DNA of 64,000 bases from Azolla caroliniana (lineage: Eukaryota; Plantae; Polypodiophyta): assembly GCA_043228905.1 (NCBI GenBank), contig JBHGNT010000017.1, forward strand, positions 3,906,001 to 3,970,000, in the 5' to 3' direction. The notes below the pieces were generated by a model. That model worked only from the letters and a program-made list of their open reading frames with translations, made no database searches and was not told where the DNA came from. A program made the translations under genes and the position numbers. This document shows, piece by piece, positions 52,918-64,000 of this stretch (its first letter is position 1; each line of letters opens with the position of its first letter).

Positions 52918-55900
52918 TGTCGCGGTAATCCGTGAGTACGTGTCGAAAGGGGCGGGACCACAGGGGTTTCAGACGAGGAAGAGATGGATGCCGAGAAGCC
53001 GACTCTCTCCGGTCCTGCCTGCACCGGTTGTGGCGCAAACCGGAGCGATTCTGGATGCGTACCGGCGGCTACCGAACACGAGAGAGGGAGGGAGAGAGAG
53101 AGACCATGCGCACAACACGGACTCAACACACGCCTCTTATGTACAGGAACAAAGGGAAAGAAAGACACCCGACACCAACAGAGACACAAATATGCACAAC
53201 CTTATATATATATAATTACAAGAGCAAGATACGACTCCGGCTTCAAGCCGGACTAAGGTAGGTTAGGTTAAAGCAACAATCTGTTGTCAAGCCGCCGATC
53301 GGGGAGTTCTCGGGCTCGTCGCGCCGAGCGGGGTGTTGCATAGGAGACAGAGTAGAAGTGAAAACCCCTTAGGACATACAAGCTCCTAACCGAACTAAAT
53401 CCTAAACAGACACGAACTCTCCACCCACACTACAACGAAGAAGAAGACCTAGATGAAACCCTAAAGAAAGTAAGGAAGAAAGTAGAGAAAGCTACCATAC
53501 CTTAGATCTACGTGGTATACTCTCCTAACTCAAAATGGTCAACCCTTCTCAAGAGACCCCTCCCTTCCTTTTATAGCCCAAGGAAGGAGAGACGTTACAA
53601 TGTGGGATAAATTCTCCCCATTATTCTATACACTATTTTCCTACTATACATGTGAACATGTTCATGTGTGTCCCTTCTTTGGTTCGACCTTCTCCTCGTC
53701 CCGAGCACCTTAGTGTGCCGTCTCTCTCTGGGTGCATGCTTGTTCCTTGGCCCTTCACTGGCCGTTGTGCATGCTCCGTTTCACGCTCTTCACTCGCCGT
53801 AGTCCCGACCCCCGCGTCAGCCTCTTCTTCCTTCATCGTCATAGTCCTTTCCGGCTCCGTTTGGCCCTCTTGGCCTCGCCCGCCCGTCTTTCCGCACCGG
53901 ATACCTGTTTCGGTAACCTCATCCGCTCCGGCCTCCTCTTCCTCTTCCTCGTTCTCCTTGTCTTCGTCTTGGCTTGCCACGCGAGTCGTTACCACTCCGA
54001 CTGAGCCGCTGAGATCTCCGAAGTGGGTGTGGAGGACCCTCCTTCGGTCACCGATACCGTTTCCGGCTACCGACCTGTGCAACCTATCCCGTGCCCGGTT
54101 TTCGACCCGGAAACACCGTGTGCCATCTTCCACCTTCCTTGCCCGACACCGCTTGTGCCGAACACCGTCTCATACCCGTGCTTTACTTCGGCCGTCGATG
54201 GCCACACACACGTCTTTCGATCCGCTTCTAGGTGTGTCCTTTCGGCTCGACACACCGCTCCCCACTTCGGTGTCCTTGGTAGCTTTCCGTGCTACTACCC
54301 ACGAAGGATCACCCTTGCCCGTTTCGGCCCACCTGGCCTTCGTTGTTCTCGCGACGCCTTGGTTGCTCGGTGCCTCAGCTCTTACGGCCTTCGTCTCCTC
54401 GCCGCCACCATCAGTTTCTTAGTCTTACGTCGGCTCCGCTGCCGATTGCCGAAGTCTCTAGAACCGGTGTGGAGGATCCTCCTCGGGCCTCCGATCCGTT
54501 AGGCAACCGACTCGTGTTACCAAGCATGTCCAATCTCCGTCCTTCAAACTCGACTGATCGAGTCCGGTTTCGGTCTATGGCTGCGTCGCCGGCCTTATAC
54601 CTCTTTCCGCTCTTCCGGCCCTTGCTTTGTCAGATCTTGTTCACCTACCACCGCCGTCCATCTCTCTAGGTCTCACGCCGGCTCTCAGGCTGAACGCCGG
54701 AGTCTCCAAATCGATGTGAGGATCACTGTAGGATCACCCATTCGCACTTCTACGCCGTATCTTGGGATCCCGTTCACCTGCCGCCACCATCCATCTCTCT
54801 AGGTCTCAAGCCGGCTCTCGGGCCGACTGCCGGAGTCTCAGGATTGGTGTGAGGATCGCTGTAGGACTGCCCCATCGTGGCCTTTGCCTTCGTCCCCTCA
54901 CCGCCACCGTCAGTCTCTTGGTCTTACGTCGGCTCTGATGCCGACTGCCAAAGTCTCTAGCCCGGTGTGAAGGATCCTTCGCGGGTCTCAATCTTTCCCG
55001 ACCCTTCCCCGGGTCTGCCTTCTCCGCAAGTCGAGAGGGTGGCTCGCTCCACACCCTCTCCCGTGGTACCGTCGTATCGTGTTCCCAGCCTCTCCATAGG
55101 CCGGCTTCCTCCTCCCTTCTGGATCGGTTATCCGGAAGTCCGCTCCACCCAATTCTCGTCCGGGTCCGTCCGTCACTCTCTAGATTGCCAGGTCTCGTTC
55201 TCCTGCCGCCATCGTTAGTATCTTGGTCTTACGTCGGATCCGATGCCAACCACCAAAGTCTCTAGCCCGGTGTAAGGTGACCCATAGAACCGGACTTCGT
55301 TCCTCCGCCTCCGGTGTACTGCTCTCGAACTCGTTGTCGACGTCCTTGTTGTGCTCCCGCCCCCATCTCCCATCTCTCTAGGTCTCACGTCGGCTCTCGG
55401 GACGGCTCTCGGAGTCTCCGGATGAGTTGTGGGGATACTGATTCCGAAACGGCTCTCGACGACTCATCCAAGGCCATCGACCCTTTTAGTGGTGTTGGTG
55501 GAAAGCATCCGCTCTATGATCGATCAAGCCTCGCCTGGGCTTGATTCTCAAATGTTCGGAGTTTCGGCTCCGATGCCGATCCCACCGGACTCATTCCGTA
55601 CCCTCGATCATCTTCTTCCCGATTTCCGACCTTCGCCCGGTTGGTCTTTCTCCCCATGTAAAAGAGGGCGGCTCATCCCGCACCCTCTCCCATATCAGCA
55701 CCTTCATACCGAACTCGACCCCTGTTGATTGGGTCTACTGCCTCTCCCTTGTCTTCTGTGTCTCGGGCTGGTTTCGGTCGAATGATCCACATCCGGATCG
55801 TGATCCAACCGAATCGGAATGCTGACCAGTTCGATCCCCGGTCTGGTCGACTTCCGATTCCGCTCCCCTCGACGCCGCCTCTCATCTCGTCCTTCTTCTC

Positions 55901-57795
55901 TACCATGGCTCCGTCCTCGACCTCCTCGCAAGCCGTTTCCCATCCATCTTCGCTGGCATCATGCCAGGACTCCTTGCTGGCACCTTCCGTCTCCCCGGTC
56001 TTATGTTGGCACACAAACTCGACTGCCGGAGTCCCCGGAATCAGCGTGGAGGGCTCTTCTCCGCTCCCGACCTCTTCCTCGACTGATCTTTCTCTGCAAG
56101 TCAAGAGCGCGTCTCGCTCCACACCCTCTCCCGTGGTACCGTCATACCACTCTTCGGCCTTTGCCTGGGCCATGTCCGCTTTGTTCGGAAGGCCGACTAG
56201 TTCTGAGTCTTCGGAATCTGCCCGCATGCCAGATCTCTCTTCTTCGTCGACCATCGCCTTTAGAGCCTCGTACGCTTCCCGGACCTAGGCTTCGACATCG
56301 AGCTTCACCGATCCTTCTGGTTGCATGCCCGCTCCTTGATGTGATGACACGCCGTCACACGTTACCTTCCCTTTACCTTTCACGAACTGCTCCTCATCCA
56401 ACCGTCGGCATACTTGTTTGACTTCCGACAAGTCCTCGGTGAGGCCATTCGCTCCGTCATTGTCTTCGAGCTCAATTCCGATGGCCTCCCGTTCGGCTCG
56501 GTCGATCGACCTAACGAACAATAGGACTTTGTTCACCCCCACCAAACTTTGTTCCCGCTCCGGGAGCCGAGCAAGCCGCCGTTCGAACTCTCGAAACGCC
56601 TTCGTTGCTCCGTGATGAGTCTTCACCGACGCAACCCATTGGTCGAAGTCGCATCGTCCCCGGCTCTTCGGTCATCCTCCGTATGCCTGCAGGAGCACCC
56701 CTTTGATGGCCCCCCACGAACTATGAGCTTCTCGGAGCTCCTTTACTTCCGCGTGGATACGGACGACGACGACCCGACAGAAGAACCAAGTAGGATGGAA
56801 CTTTGTCCCCGTTGAAACGACCGACTCTTTCGGCCACTCGCTCAATAGCTCGTTGCATTGCTTCTCGCCTCATCGTCACTCGTTCGAACTCCATCACCAC
56901 TTCGGCCACCATCTCCGCAAAGTCTTCGTCTTCCGACTCCATCTTCCCTTGGCGCCCTTTCACGTCGGGCTCACCAAAGATGTCGCGGTAATCCGCGAGT
57001 ATGTGTCGAAAGGGGCGGGACCGCGGGGGTCTCGGACGAGGAAGAGATGGATGCTGAGAAGCTGACTTTCTCTGGTCCCGATTGCACCGGTTGTGGCGCA
57101 AACCGGAGCGATTTCGGACGCGTACCGGCGGCTACCGAACACGAGAGAGGGAGAGAGAGAGAGAGAGAGAGAGACCATGCGCACAACACCGACTCAATAC
57201 ACGCCTCTTATGTACAGGAACAAAGGGAAAGAAAGACACTCGACGCCAACAGAGACACAAATATGCACAACCTTTTATATATATAATTACAAGAGCAAGA
57301 TACGACTCTGGCTTCGAGCCGGACTAAGGTAGGTTAGGTTAAAGCAACAATCTGTTGTCAAGCCGCCGATCGGGGAGCTCTCGGGCTCGTCGCGCCGAGC
57401 GGGGTCTTGCATAGGAGACAGAGCAGAAGTGAAAACCCCTTAGGACATACAAGCTCCTAACCGAACTAAATCCTAAACAGACACGAACTCTCCACCCACA
57501 CTACAACGAAGAAGAAGACCTAGATGAAACCCTAAAGAAAGTAAGGAAGAAAGAAGAGAAAGCTACCATACCTTAGATCTACATGGTATACTCTCCTAAC
57601 TCAAAATGGGCAACCCTTCACAAAAGACCCCTCCCTTTGTTTTATAGCCCAAGGAGGGAGAGACGTTACAATGTGGGATAAATTCTCCCCCTTATTCTAT
57701 ATACTATTTTCCTACTATACATGTGCACATGTTGCACATTGCCGAATTGCCCATTCCATCCCGGTTTCACACCAAAGCTGGAAATCTTCATGACA
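52918..57795 (-). mobile_element. Pol-less Gypsy-like LTR element F with a tRNA-Trp PBS
   Basis: 5' LTR 56981-57795; 3' LTR 52918-~53662, truncated on its internal side. PBS 56959-56976; 4-bp TSD CTAT/CTGT. Degenerate gag from ATG 56942 (RFNGDKVPSYL, GLTED), followed by a GC-rich repetitive region with no RT/IN motifs. Confidence 0.85.
56959..56976 (-). other. Primer-binding site complementary to the 3' end of plant tRNA-Trp
   Basis: The plus strand reads TTCACGTCGGGCTCACCA, versus the plant tRNA-Trp(CCA) 3' end TTCACGTCGGGTTCACCA as recalled (1 mismatch). It lies 4 nt from the LTR end. Confidence 0.75.
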
Positions 57796-57941
57796 CTGTA
57801 TTGACAATGCTCGCAAAAGTCCGTCTTTACTTGGAGTTTTGGGATGTAGTCAACCGCCATTAGCCGATTGAGTCCAGCTTGAGACATATGGCCGAGTCGG
57901 CCATGCCATAAGTTCGGGTCGCTATTTTCGGCTACATTCAC

Positions 57942-60900
57942 TGTTGAGAGACAAGCTCAACATCGGCCGGATCGGCTGAAGAAGCCGAGGACCGGATCGG
58001 TTAGGCCGAGTGCGTAAACTGGGAGGTCGTTAGGAAATATATTCCGTGAGGAATATATTTGGGAGTTAGTGTAGGAGCTCTTAATGAGCATTGAAGTACT
58101 GTCAGTACTTTTGTCAGTTCTTCTAGGACTTGTATAAAAGTGTTCATTGAACACACATTTGTATAGAGAGTGGTGAATAGAGATTGTGTACTTCTGTTAT
58201 ATTTTTTGTGTCTTCTCTCTCACTCTCTCTGTCTCTCCCGCGTATACCGTGTAAGCTCAAGCTCTCCATTGAACCTGAGTTTCCTTCCTTCTGTTCGGTC
58301 CTCATACTTGCTTCCGCACGTTACTTTCTACATGGTATCAGAGCGCAAGGGTTGAGAACCTCTCTGCAGCCGACATAGCTTGACGAAGAAGAAAGAGAAG
58401 AACGATGGATAGAGGCATGGCGAGTTTGCTTCCAACAGAGAAGCTCGATAGAACCAACTACGCGTCTTGGTCCTACAAGATGCACCAGTACCTGCTCGGG
58501 CACGGCTACTGGAGTTATGTCGAAGGAGCTAATGACGTGGCACCCGAATCGACACACAGAGACTTCCCGTCGTGGGAGCAATCGGCGAGCAGGGTATTAT
58601 ACTGCTTCGCGTCGTGTGTGGGCGAACAACTATTGAGCTATGTTCAGGATGCAAAGACGCCGAAGGGTGCGTGGGAAAATCTGAAGAAGATTTTCGCCGC
58701 AAGCACCACAGCCAGGAATCTTCAGCTCCGACAGGAGTTGAGCAACCTACGACAACGCAACTTGTCGGTGGCAGACTATACCTCGAAGATCAAGGATATC
58801 TGCGACTCCCTCGCCTCCATAGAGGTGAACATCGAGGAGAGCGAGATGGTCCAGATCTGTCTCGGAGGTTTCGCGTCAAAGTTCGGAGCGTTCCGAACGG
58901 CTGTGTGTACCCGGTAGAATACGCCGTCCTTTTTCGACTTACAGTCAATGCTCCTGGTAGAGGAGAACCACGCAGGTGCGTCTACAAGCACGCATGCCGA
59001 CAACAGAATGTTGTACACGGAGGGAGATAGGCCCCGTGGACGTTGAGGACAAGGCGAGTCGGGGCGCAATGGAGGCGGCCGACGAGATCAAGGAAGAAGG
59101 CACCGAAGTGATGCCGACAGCAACTCCGGACCCTCCGGAACCAGGGGGAGTCGAAGCGATGAGAACCGGGAAGGGAAGGCCATCACGGAGTGCTGGTACT
59201 GTGGCAAGAAAGGCCACAGGGAAAGTGAGTGTTGGAAGAAGCGCGCCGATTCGGAGAGAACCGGTTCCGGAAACGGCTCCAGACATACCGACAAGGGAAA
59301 TCGGTAGCGATCGCACTATGCCGAAGACTCCGGGAGAGCCGGAGAAGGGTCTGCCTTCGTGACGAGACATGAAGCAAACTCAATGAAACAAAGCACCCCG
59401 AGATCGGACGAGGTGTGGTACGTAGACTCCGGCGCGTCAAACCACATGACGAGCCATAAGGAGTGGTTCTCGTACCTTGAAAAACCGATACAACCTGGAG
59501 TAGTCGCAATTGGAGACGACACTCCGCATCCGATCGTGAATATCGGAGAAGTTCCCCTTAGCCATGTCGGGCAGAAAGGGAAACTCATGAACGTGCTGCA
59601 CGTTCCGACAATCACGAAAAACTTGGTCTCGGTCGGACAGATCGTCGACCAAGGGATGGAGGTTCGGTTTACACACCTCGGGTGCTTCATTGAGGAAGAA
59701 GGCCGTGTGATTGCGCAAGGGCGCAGAGACGGGAGGATGTTCATCCTCGACTCCACTGACGGCGGCACCGCAATGTTCGCGAAGGGACAAAAATCCGAGT
59801 TGGACATCGACTTGTGGCACAAGCGGAAAGGCCACGTCAACCACCAACGGCTTCAAGATCTGCAATCGAAACAGGTAGTGTTCGGATTGCCCAAATTTAA
59901 TGGCCGAAAGGCACAAATTTGGGAAGCCTGCCAGCTCGGGAAGCAACACCGACTTCCTTTCCCCAACGAGCGAAACCAAAGCCAGAACAAGCTCGACCTT
60001 ATACACTCCGATGTATGGGGGCCGGCACAAAACGTTAGTCTTGGCGGGAGCCGATATTTCATCTCCTTCATCGACGACCACACGCAACACACGTGGATCT
60101 ACCTCATTGAGAGGAAGAGCGAAGTCTTCGACTGTTTCCGGGACCTCAAAGGGTTCGTGGAAACGGAAACGGGACGAAAGATCAGGTGCCTGCGGTTGGA
60201 TGGCGGGAAAGAGTACTTCTCCGGTCAATTCAACGGTTATCTACAACAAATGGGAATTCGGCGCGAATTCAGTTGTAGATACACGCCGGAGCAGAACGGC
60301 ATGGCCGAGAGGAAGAATCGGTCAGTTGTGGAAGCGGCACGGGCAATGCTGGAGGAGAAGAGCTTGCCCAAGTTCTACTAGGCTGAGGCGGTAAGGACCG
60401 CGGTATACATCCAGAACCGGATCGGAGACAAAGTGTCAGTGCACGAGCTATATTTCGGAACGAAGCCGAACTTGCGACACTTGAGGGTGTTCGATAGCAT
60501 TGCGTATGTGCATATACCGAAGGAGAAAAGGAGGAAGCTGGACACAAAGGACGAGAAATGCATCTTGGTCGGTTACTCGGACGAGCAGAAGGGTTATAAG
60601 TGCTATAACCCTCGCACCAAACAAGCGCGTGTCAGCCGCGACGTTGTGTTTGATGAGTCTGCGTCCTGGTACCTCCCCCCGACTCCGAACCCTGCCCCCA
60701 ATCCGAGCTTTGACGATGAGGTCAGCAAGGCCGAGATGCCTCTGGATGAGCCCGAAATCGAGACCCGCGAAGAGAGTCCGATTTCACTCCGGTTAAGTGG
60801 ACCGATTGGATGACTGAGTTGGTACGACCAGTCCGATGAAGAGCCGACGAGTAGTGGAGACTCGGCCGTGCATTCCCCGCGCAGGAAGCCGAGGAGACGG

Positions 60901-63637
60901 CTTACACGCAAAGAGAAAGGGAAGAAGAAGGTGTCGGATTCCGGCACAGATAGGAACGAGTCAGACCGACGCGAGTCTGACTCCGAGGGAACCGGTGACG
61001 GGTCTTTAAAAGTGAAGTCCGCGTCGATCGAGAAGGCCTCGACATCGGCTAATGCGAGATTACGCCGATCTACCCGCCAGAAGAATCTTGTCTTGCGGTT
61101 CGGATACAACGAGTACATGGCGCATCATTATGCGTACATGACCCGTGGAGCGGAAGTGCGTGAGCCGGAGAGCTACGCAGAAGCGGCGAAAGACGTGAAT
61201 TGGCATGCCGCGATGGAGGAAGAGATGCACACATTGGCGGAGAACGAGACCTGGGACCTGGTTGACGCACCAAGAGGGGTAAAACCGATCGGGTGTAGGT
61301 GGGTGTACAAAGTCAAGTACAACACCGATGGCTCGGTCAACCGGTACAAGGCTCGGCTAGTGGCAAAGGGCTACGCGCAGAAGCACGACATCGACTACGA
61401 TGAGACATTTGCGCCGGTCGCGAAAATGATGACCGTTCGTGTTTTGCTTGCAGTAGCCGCGGCCAAGGGGTGGCACCTACATCAAATGGATGTAAAGAAT
61501 GCGTTCCTGCAAGGTGACCTTGAGGAACAAGTGTAGATGGTACAACCCCCTGGATTTCCCTCCGGAACAAACTCCTCGGCAGTATGCCGACTGAAGAAGT
61601 CCCTTTACGGACTGAAGCAAGCCCCGCGTGCCTGGAACACGAAGATCACGCAACAACTACGTCAGATGGTCTTCGTCACGTCAAAATCAGACTCTTCCCT
61701 GTTCATCCGGAAAGGTCGACTCGGACCGGTTAGTATTCTACTATATGTCGATGACTTGGTCATCACCAGCACCGACCTAGGTGAAATCGATTGCGTGAAG
61801 CTCCAGCTTGCGGCATCGTTCGACATGAAGGATCTGGGGGACCTTCATTACTTCCTCGGGATCGAAGTGATCCGTACCCCCGAAGGCATATTGATCAGCC
61901 AATGTCATTATGTGCTGGGTATGCTCTTCAAACTCGGGATGGCCGACTGTAAGTCCGTCTCGACTCCTTTGGATAGAACCATCAAGCTTCGTCCCGATAC
62001 GGGAAAAGTATGCGACCCGACGAGGTTCCGACAAATTGTCAGAAGCCTCATATACTTGACCATCACCCGACCCGACCTCAGTTATCCGGTCGGGGTGATC
62101 AGTCAGTTCATGGCGCGACCTACCGAGGAGCACCTTCAGTGTGCGCAACGCGTATTGTGGTACATAAGCGGCACTAAGGACCGAGGACTGCTATATCGGA
62201 CCGGTGCAGCCGCGCAGTTAGTCAGCTACACCGATGCTGATTGGGCTGGCAACGCCACCGATCGCCGATCCACGTCCGGATACGCGTTCTCCCTCGGGAG
62301 TGCCGCGATCGCGTGGAGCAGTAAGAAGCAGCCGACACTTGCACTGTTGAGCACCGAAGCTGAGTACCGAGGAGCGGCTGTCGCGACATGCGAAGCCATA
62401 TGGTTGAAGCGGCTACTTAAGGACCTGCAAGAGGAGGTGTCCGATCCAACGACGATCTACTGTGACAACCTCAGCAGCATCCAACTTGCGAAGAACCCCG
62501 TCTTCCACGCACGGACCAAGCACATTGAGGTGCACTACCATTTCGTCTGTGAGCGTGTCCTTTCCGGTGAAGTTGAACTTCAGTACGTTCCTACGGATCG
62601 GTAGGCTGCCGACATCTTCACCAAGCCTCTTGGTCTGGACAAGTTGCGGCAATTCTCAGGTGCGCTTGGATTGCGTCACCTTGACGTGCCGAACTTGAGG
62701 GGGAGAACAATCCCGAACGACCAAGCAAAGCAGCAGGAAAGGAGCGGAGACTGTGACACCGAGTCGGTGGACTCGGGTGTTGACTCGGTTCACGAGTTCG
62801 ACTTCGGATCGGCTGAAGAAGCCGAGGGAGGACCCGCGGAAAAGTTCGGAAGAGGACAGAAGGGGAGCAACCGAAGGAGAGAGCCGAATCCAACCATGCA
62901 TGGGGGAGATGACGCCATCGAGGGCGAGAAGACTGAAGACAAGTTGGAGACAGCCAACTCGGAAGAGAGCGAAAACCAATCGGAGGTAGCCGAGTCAGTT
63001 CAGATGTTTGATTCAGACACGTTAAATCAACCGAGGCCCAAGCGGAAGAAAAGGCAGCAGAAGAAATGTCGACACCGCAACAACAGAAGAGCTGATAAGG
63101 GCCACATGAGCAGACAAGCCGACCGAAAGGGTCGAAGCGCGCGGAGTCGAATAGGTCGAGGAGCGCGAGCGAGGCGTGAAGCCAGGAGGAACCAGAGCTG
63201 TGAGCCCGAGGATCCCGAAGAGCCTCGAGTTGAGCTTGAGGGGGAGTGTTGAGAGACAAGCTCAACATTGGCCAGATCGGCTGAAGAAGCCGAGGACCGG
63301 ATCGGTTAGGCCGAGTGCGTAAACCGGGAGGTCGTTAGGAAAGATATTCCGTGAGGAATATATTTGGGAGTTAGTGTAGGAGCTCTTAATGAGCATTGAA
63401 GTACTGTCAGTACTTTTGTCAGTTCTTCTAGGACTTGTATAAAAGTGTTCATTGAACACACATTTGTATAGAGAGTGGTGAATAGAGATTGTGTACTTCT
63501 GTTATATTTTTTGTGTCTTCTCTCTCACTCTCTCTGTCTCTCCCGCGTATACCGTGTAAGCTCAAGCTCTCCATTGAACCTAAGTTTCCTTCCTTCTGTT
63601 CGGTCTTCATACTTGCTTCCGCACGTTACTTTCTACA
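57942..63637 (+). mobile_element. Ty1/Copia element G (same lineage as A and D), nested in H
   Basis: 391-bp LTRs 57942-58332 and 63247-63637 (about 6 substitutions counted by eye); perfect TSD TTCAC; PBS 58333-58344; PPT 63235-63246. Confidence 0.97.
58405..63252 (+). pseudogene. gag-pol: gag-pol of G: one reading frame with seven nonsense codons, no frameshift, and a long C-terminal extension
   Basis: ORFs starting at 58405, 59359, 60433, 60868, 61537 and 62644 share one frame. In-frame stops at 58915, 59044, 59305, 60379, 60811, 61534 and 62602. Confidence 0.9.
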
Positions 63638-64000
63638 TTCACGTACCCTTCTGGATTGATCGTCATTATTGGATACAAGTTATTGTACTTATGTCAGTTT
63701 CCGATCAGTCGAGATTTCCTCAACTGATCATCCATGCCGACTTATTGAGAGTCGTTCAGTATCCGTTTTTGGCTAACATGCCGATGAAGACCAAACTCCT
63801 TTTCAGTGCGGGTACGTGCCAAACTTGGTGCAAGACAATTGTGTTTCCATTAGACAATTGAATTGGTACTTCGCCTACTTTGGTGATCTTGCATTCCTGC
63901 CCATTGCCTAGTCGAATTGTGCCGCTCCGGCCGAATAGTTTGAAAACCATTTGATGTTAAGGGTTGCGTGGAATGTGGCACCAGAGTCCAGTAACCACGT

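Larger units (their letters stand above)
46002..64000 (-). mobile_element. Old Copia element H, split into four pieces (46002-46988, 52554-52917, 57796-57941, 63643-64000); it continues beyond the window
   Basis: The pieces join into contiguous PR (WLLDSGATFHA), GAG-pre-IN (LWHGRLGHMS, CEHCQY) and IN core (FVDD, NGVAERINRTI, KCIFLSYG...GYRLWD) once E, F and G are removed. Confidence 0.88.

Noticed and set aside
56959-56976. tRNA-Trp gene
   Set aside because: Only the 3' 18 nt including CCA are present, adjacent to an LTR; this is a primer-binding site.

Overview
Eukaryotic land-plant nuclear DNA, probably a non-seed plant such as a fern (inferred from the retrotransposon lineages). It carries two intron-containing host genes on the minus strand. 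One is the 5' part of a class I SAM-dependent methyltransferase (METTL13-N/EEF1AKMT4-like; exons 2268-2100 and 165-52), with a tandem duplication of exon 2. The other is a three-exon DUF688-family gene (32990-29830). About two thirds of the window is two nested retroelement clusters. Cluster 1 (5397-26197): Copia element A contains a solo LTR, a truncated LTR and a self-priming Tcn1-like chromovirus B; B in turn contains Copia elements C and D. Cluster 2 (41481-64000): a LINE is interrupted by a Gypsy 3' end, followed by a Copia fragment and an old Copia H. H received three separate insertions: a very young near-intact Copia E, a tRNA-Trp-primed pol-less Gypsy-like element F with a 4-bp TSD, and Copia G. 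The most notable patterns are: a hairpin bracketing the PPT/3'-LTR junction in all five complete Copia elements, built from three unrelated stem sequences; duplicated PPTs enclosing a variable cassette, which in G is an in-frame ~185-codon acidic/basic extension of Pol; and a perfect 11-nt Tf1-type self-priming signature in B. All boundaries were read by eye; no database searches were run.
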